This document shows positions 59,211-64,000 of a stretch of DNA of 64,000 nt, piece after piece. Under the pieces are notes generated by a model. That model saw nothing but the letters and a program-made list of their open reading frames with translations. It was not told the origin of the DNA and searched no databases. The DNA is taken from NCBI RefSeq assembly GCF_009914755.1, contig NC_060937.1. One strand, written 5' to 3'. This stretch comes from the human T2T-CHM13v2.0 reference genome, Homo sapiens. A program made the position numbers and the translations under genes. How positions within the stretch are numbered: position 1 is the first letter of the stretch; each line of letters begins with the position of its first letter.

Positions 59211-59580
59211 TGCTCCAAATTCATAGGTTGAAGTCCTAAACCCAGGTACCTCAGAATGTGACTGTATTTGGAGATAAGACCTGTAAAGAGGCGATGAATT
59301 TAAAAAGAGGCAGTGGCAATTGACTGGTGTCCTTATAAGAAAAGGAAATTTGGACACTCAGGAGAGACTGGGGTTGCACATGCACAGAGGAATGACCATG
59401 TGAGGAGGCCACAATTGAGTGGCCATCTGCAAGCCCAGGAGCTGAGCCTTAGAAGAAGCCAAAGTTGTAGGCACCTCGATCTTGGACTTCAGCCCCCAGT
59501 ACTATGAGAAAATACCTTCCTGTTGCTTAAGCCACCCAGTCTGTGGAAATTTGTTATGGCAGCCCCAGCAAACTAATGCA
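59211..59580 (+). mobile_element. MLT1A/B-type MaLR LTR
   Basis: AAATTCAT...GTTGAAGTCCTAA...ACCTCAGAATGTGACTGTATTTGGAGATA...GTTATGGCAGCCC...AAACTAATGCA. Confidence 0.8.
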
Positions 59581-60069
59581 GTGTGATTTAATACTTGTGA
59601 TTTAGTTTTTTGAACTAAGAAGTCTAGTTGAGGATTTTTAGAAAAATTGATTTTCTTCTTGTGTTTTGCTTTTTTGTTACTAAAATTTTAATTGAAACAT
59701 AACCTACATTTAAGAAAACAGCACAAATCATAAGTTTATACTGTTGATTTCTCACAAAGTGAACACATCCCTGTAACCACCACTCAGGTAACAAAAGAAC
59801 ATCGTCAGCTATGCTTTGATTTTTGAATCCATGGATCCAGTATCAAATTTTCTAGACTAATTTTTTTTACATGTCTTCAGTAACTTATTCCCTTTTAAAT
59901 ATAGATTACTATTTTTTAACCTTCAAGCATAAGTTTACATGGACACAACCAGTATTGTTTAGAAATGTTGCAATATTAGAAATATTAAGCTTCTTAAGAA
60001 CTAGGTTTTTAACACAAACCAGAGAGTTATAGTTCCAACATTTATTTTATTTTATTTGATTTTTAATAA

Positions 60070-60264
<195 letters not shown>

Positions 60265-61659
60265 TAGAGACAGGGTCTCATTTTCTTGCCCAGGCTGGTC
60301 TCAGACCCCCCCTGCCTTGGCCTGCCAAAGTGTTGGGATTATAGGTGTGAGCCACTGTGCCCAGCTGAGACTGGTTATCTTTGTAACACGCATAGTCTGG
60401 TAAATTTATCATTACATGGGCTCCAATTAATTTTTCTTTCTCCCACTTAACATCTTTTAAAATTTTTTTCTGACAAGGCTTAGAAGCAAATAAAAGCTTT
60501 TGTGGAAAGTGAATGTCAGTTGAGTCAGTGATGCAGGTAATTTATTTGAATTACTTTTCATGAGTTTTGCAGTCTTGAAATCATCTCCAACAAATGACTT
60601 TTTTTTCAGCTAGTGAGGTACTCTGTACACAGAATATTTTCCCCTTGAAACTGTCTTTCTGAGTAAATTATATTCTAATGGAAAGGTTCTGTGGCTTTGA
60701 AGTAGTTATTCCTGAAAGCTGGAAAATATAGAGAATCTGCATACAAGAAAGACTAGGGGCTGCAGTCAGAGAAAGGATCAGAGGTGGTATCTGAGAGAAC
60801 CATCATGAGATCAGAAGAATGGTCCCTGGAGGAATTGGAGAAGTCTAGATGCAAGAGAAGGGTTGGAATGAAAAGGATGTGGCTTCCAACTGACTGAGGG
60901 GAGATTGTAATGAAAGCCCAGTGAAGGTAGTAGCAGTGTGATCTGTCATACTGGGAGGGTAGCAGAGAGAGTGGAGGAAGATCATGGTGGTCAGTCAGAA
61001 TGGTAACAGACAGTTGGCTCAGGCAGCAGCAGAAATTAAATAGGCAGCAATTTAGTAGAGAGAAAGCAACGTTGCTTGCATGAGGTGACATAGCCGTGAA
61101 AATGCTACTGCCTAAAACCCTATCTTTTTTTTTTTTTTTTTTTTTTTTTTGAGACAGAGTCTTGGTCTGTCACCCAGACTGCAGTGCAGTAATTCGATCT
61201 TGGCTCACTGCAACCTCCGCCTCCCAGGTTCAAGCGATTCTCCTGCCTCAACCTCCTGAGTAGCTGGGACTACAGGTGCATGCCACCAGGCCCAGCTAAC
61301 TTTTCTGTTTTTTAGTAGAGATGGAGTTTCGCCATGTCGGCCAGGCTGATCTCGAATTGGTGATCCGCCCACCTTGGCCTCCCAAAGTGCTGGGATTACA
61401 GTCATGAGCTGCAGCACCCAGCCTAAAACCATATCTTGACTTTAATTCAACTTTAAAAGAAACAGGTTTAAGTAATTTGAGGGTTCTGCATGGTGTTGCC
61501 AAGCATTCTGATACCATTTTGTACCTTTGCAATGAGTAAGAAGGATCCCTATTGAAACACTTTAGAGTTTTCTTTCTATCTGAAGTTAGGAAGGAAGTAA
61601 ACCTAATATTATTTAGTGGTATTTTAAATGAAAAGGAGTATTTACATTATATTGCCTTT

Positions 61660-63877
<2,218 letters not shown>

Positions 63878-64000
63878 TAGCCAGGATGGTCTCGATCTCC
63901 TGACCTCGTGATCCACCTGCCTCAGCCTCCCAAAGTGCTGGGATTACAGGCGTGAGTCACCGCGCCCGGCCAACTTTGTCACTTTTTAAAAGTGTCGTAT

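Noticed and set aside
58751-59231. Four overlapping long ORFs (PSFL / EGRK repeats)
   Set aside because: Stop-free only because of the CCTT microsatellite

Overview
Human (primate) genomic DNA, very Alu-rich. It contains the promoter and first four coding exons of GTF2F2 (TFIIF beta/RAP30) on the + strand: 10708-10773, 26788-26861, a 19-nt microexon at 39824-39842, and 41741-41885. These splice at GT-AG sites into MAERGELDLTGAKQNTGVWLVK-VPKYLSQQWAKASGRGEVGKLRIAK-TQGRTE-VSFTLNEDL...FTESSS(D), and the gene continues past the window end. The rest is about 10 kb of upstream DNA and introns filled with Alu, L1, L2, MIR, LTR and DNA-transposon relics. There are retrocopies of 7SK, U6 and the GAPDH 3' end, plus one decayed retrocopy-like segment (signal peptide + 6-aa repeats) whose parent I cannot name. 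Almost all ORFs in the supplied track are repeat artefacts. I see no evidence of a wholly new multi-gene system. The best leads are: (1) a candidate recursive splice site in intron 4 that duplicates the exon-4 donor; (2) the orphan retrocopy at 28.4-29.4 kb; (3) a GAPDH retrocopy fused by microhomology to DNA apparently copied from 3.9 kb away; (4) a TCT/TOP-like start followed by a strong splice donor upstream of the ATG. Repeat subfamily names come from memory of consensus sequences, and repeat boundaries are approximate unless TSDs are quoted.
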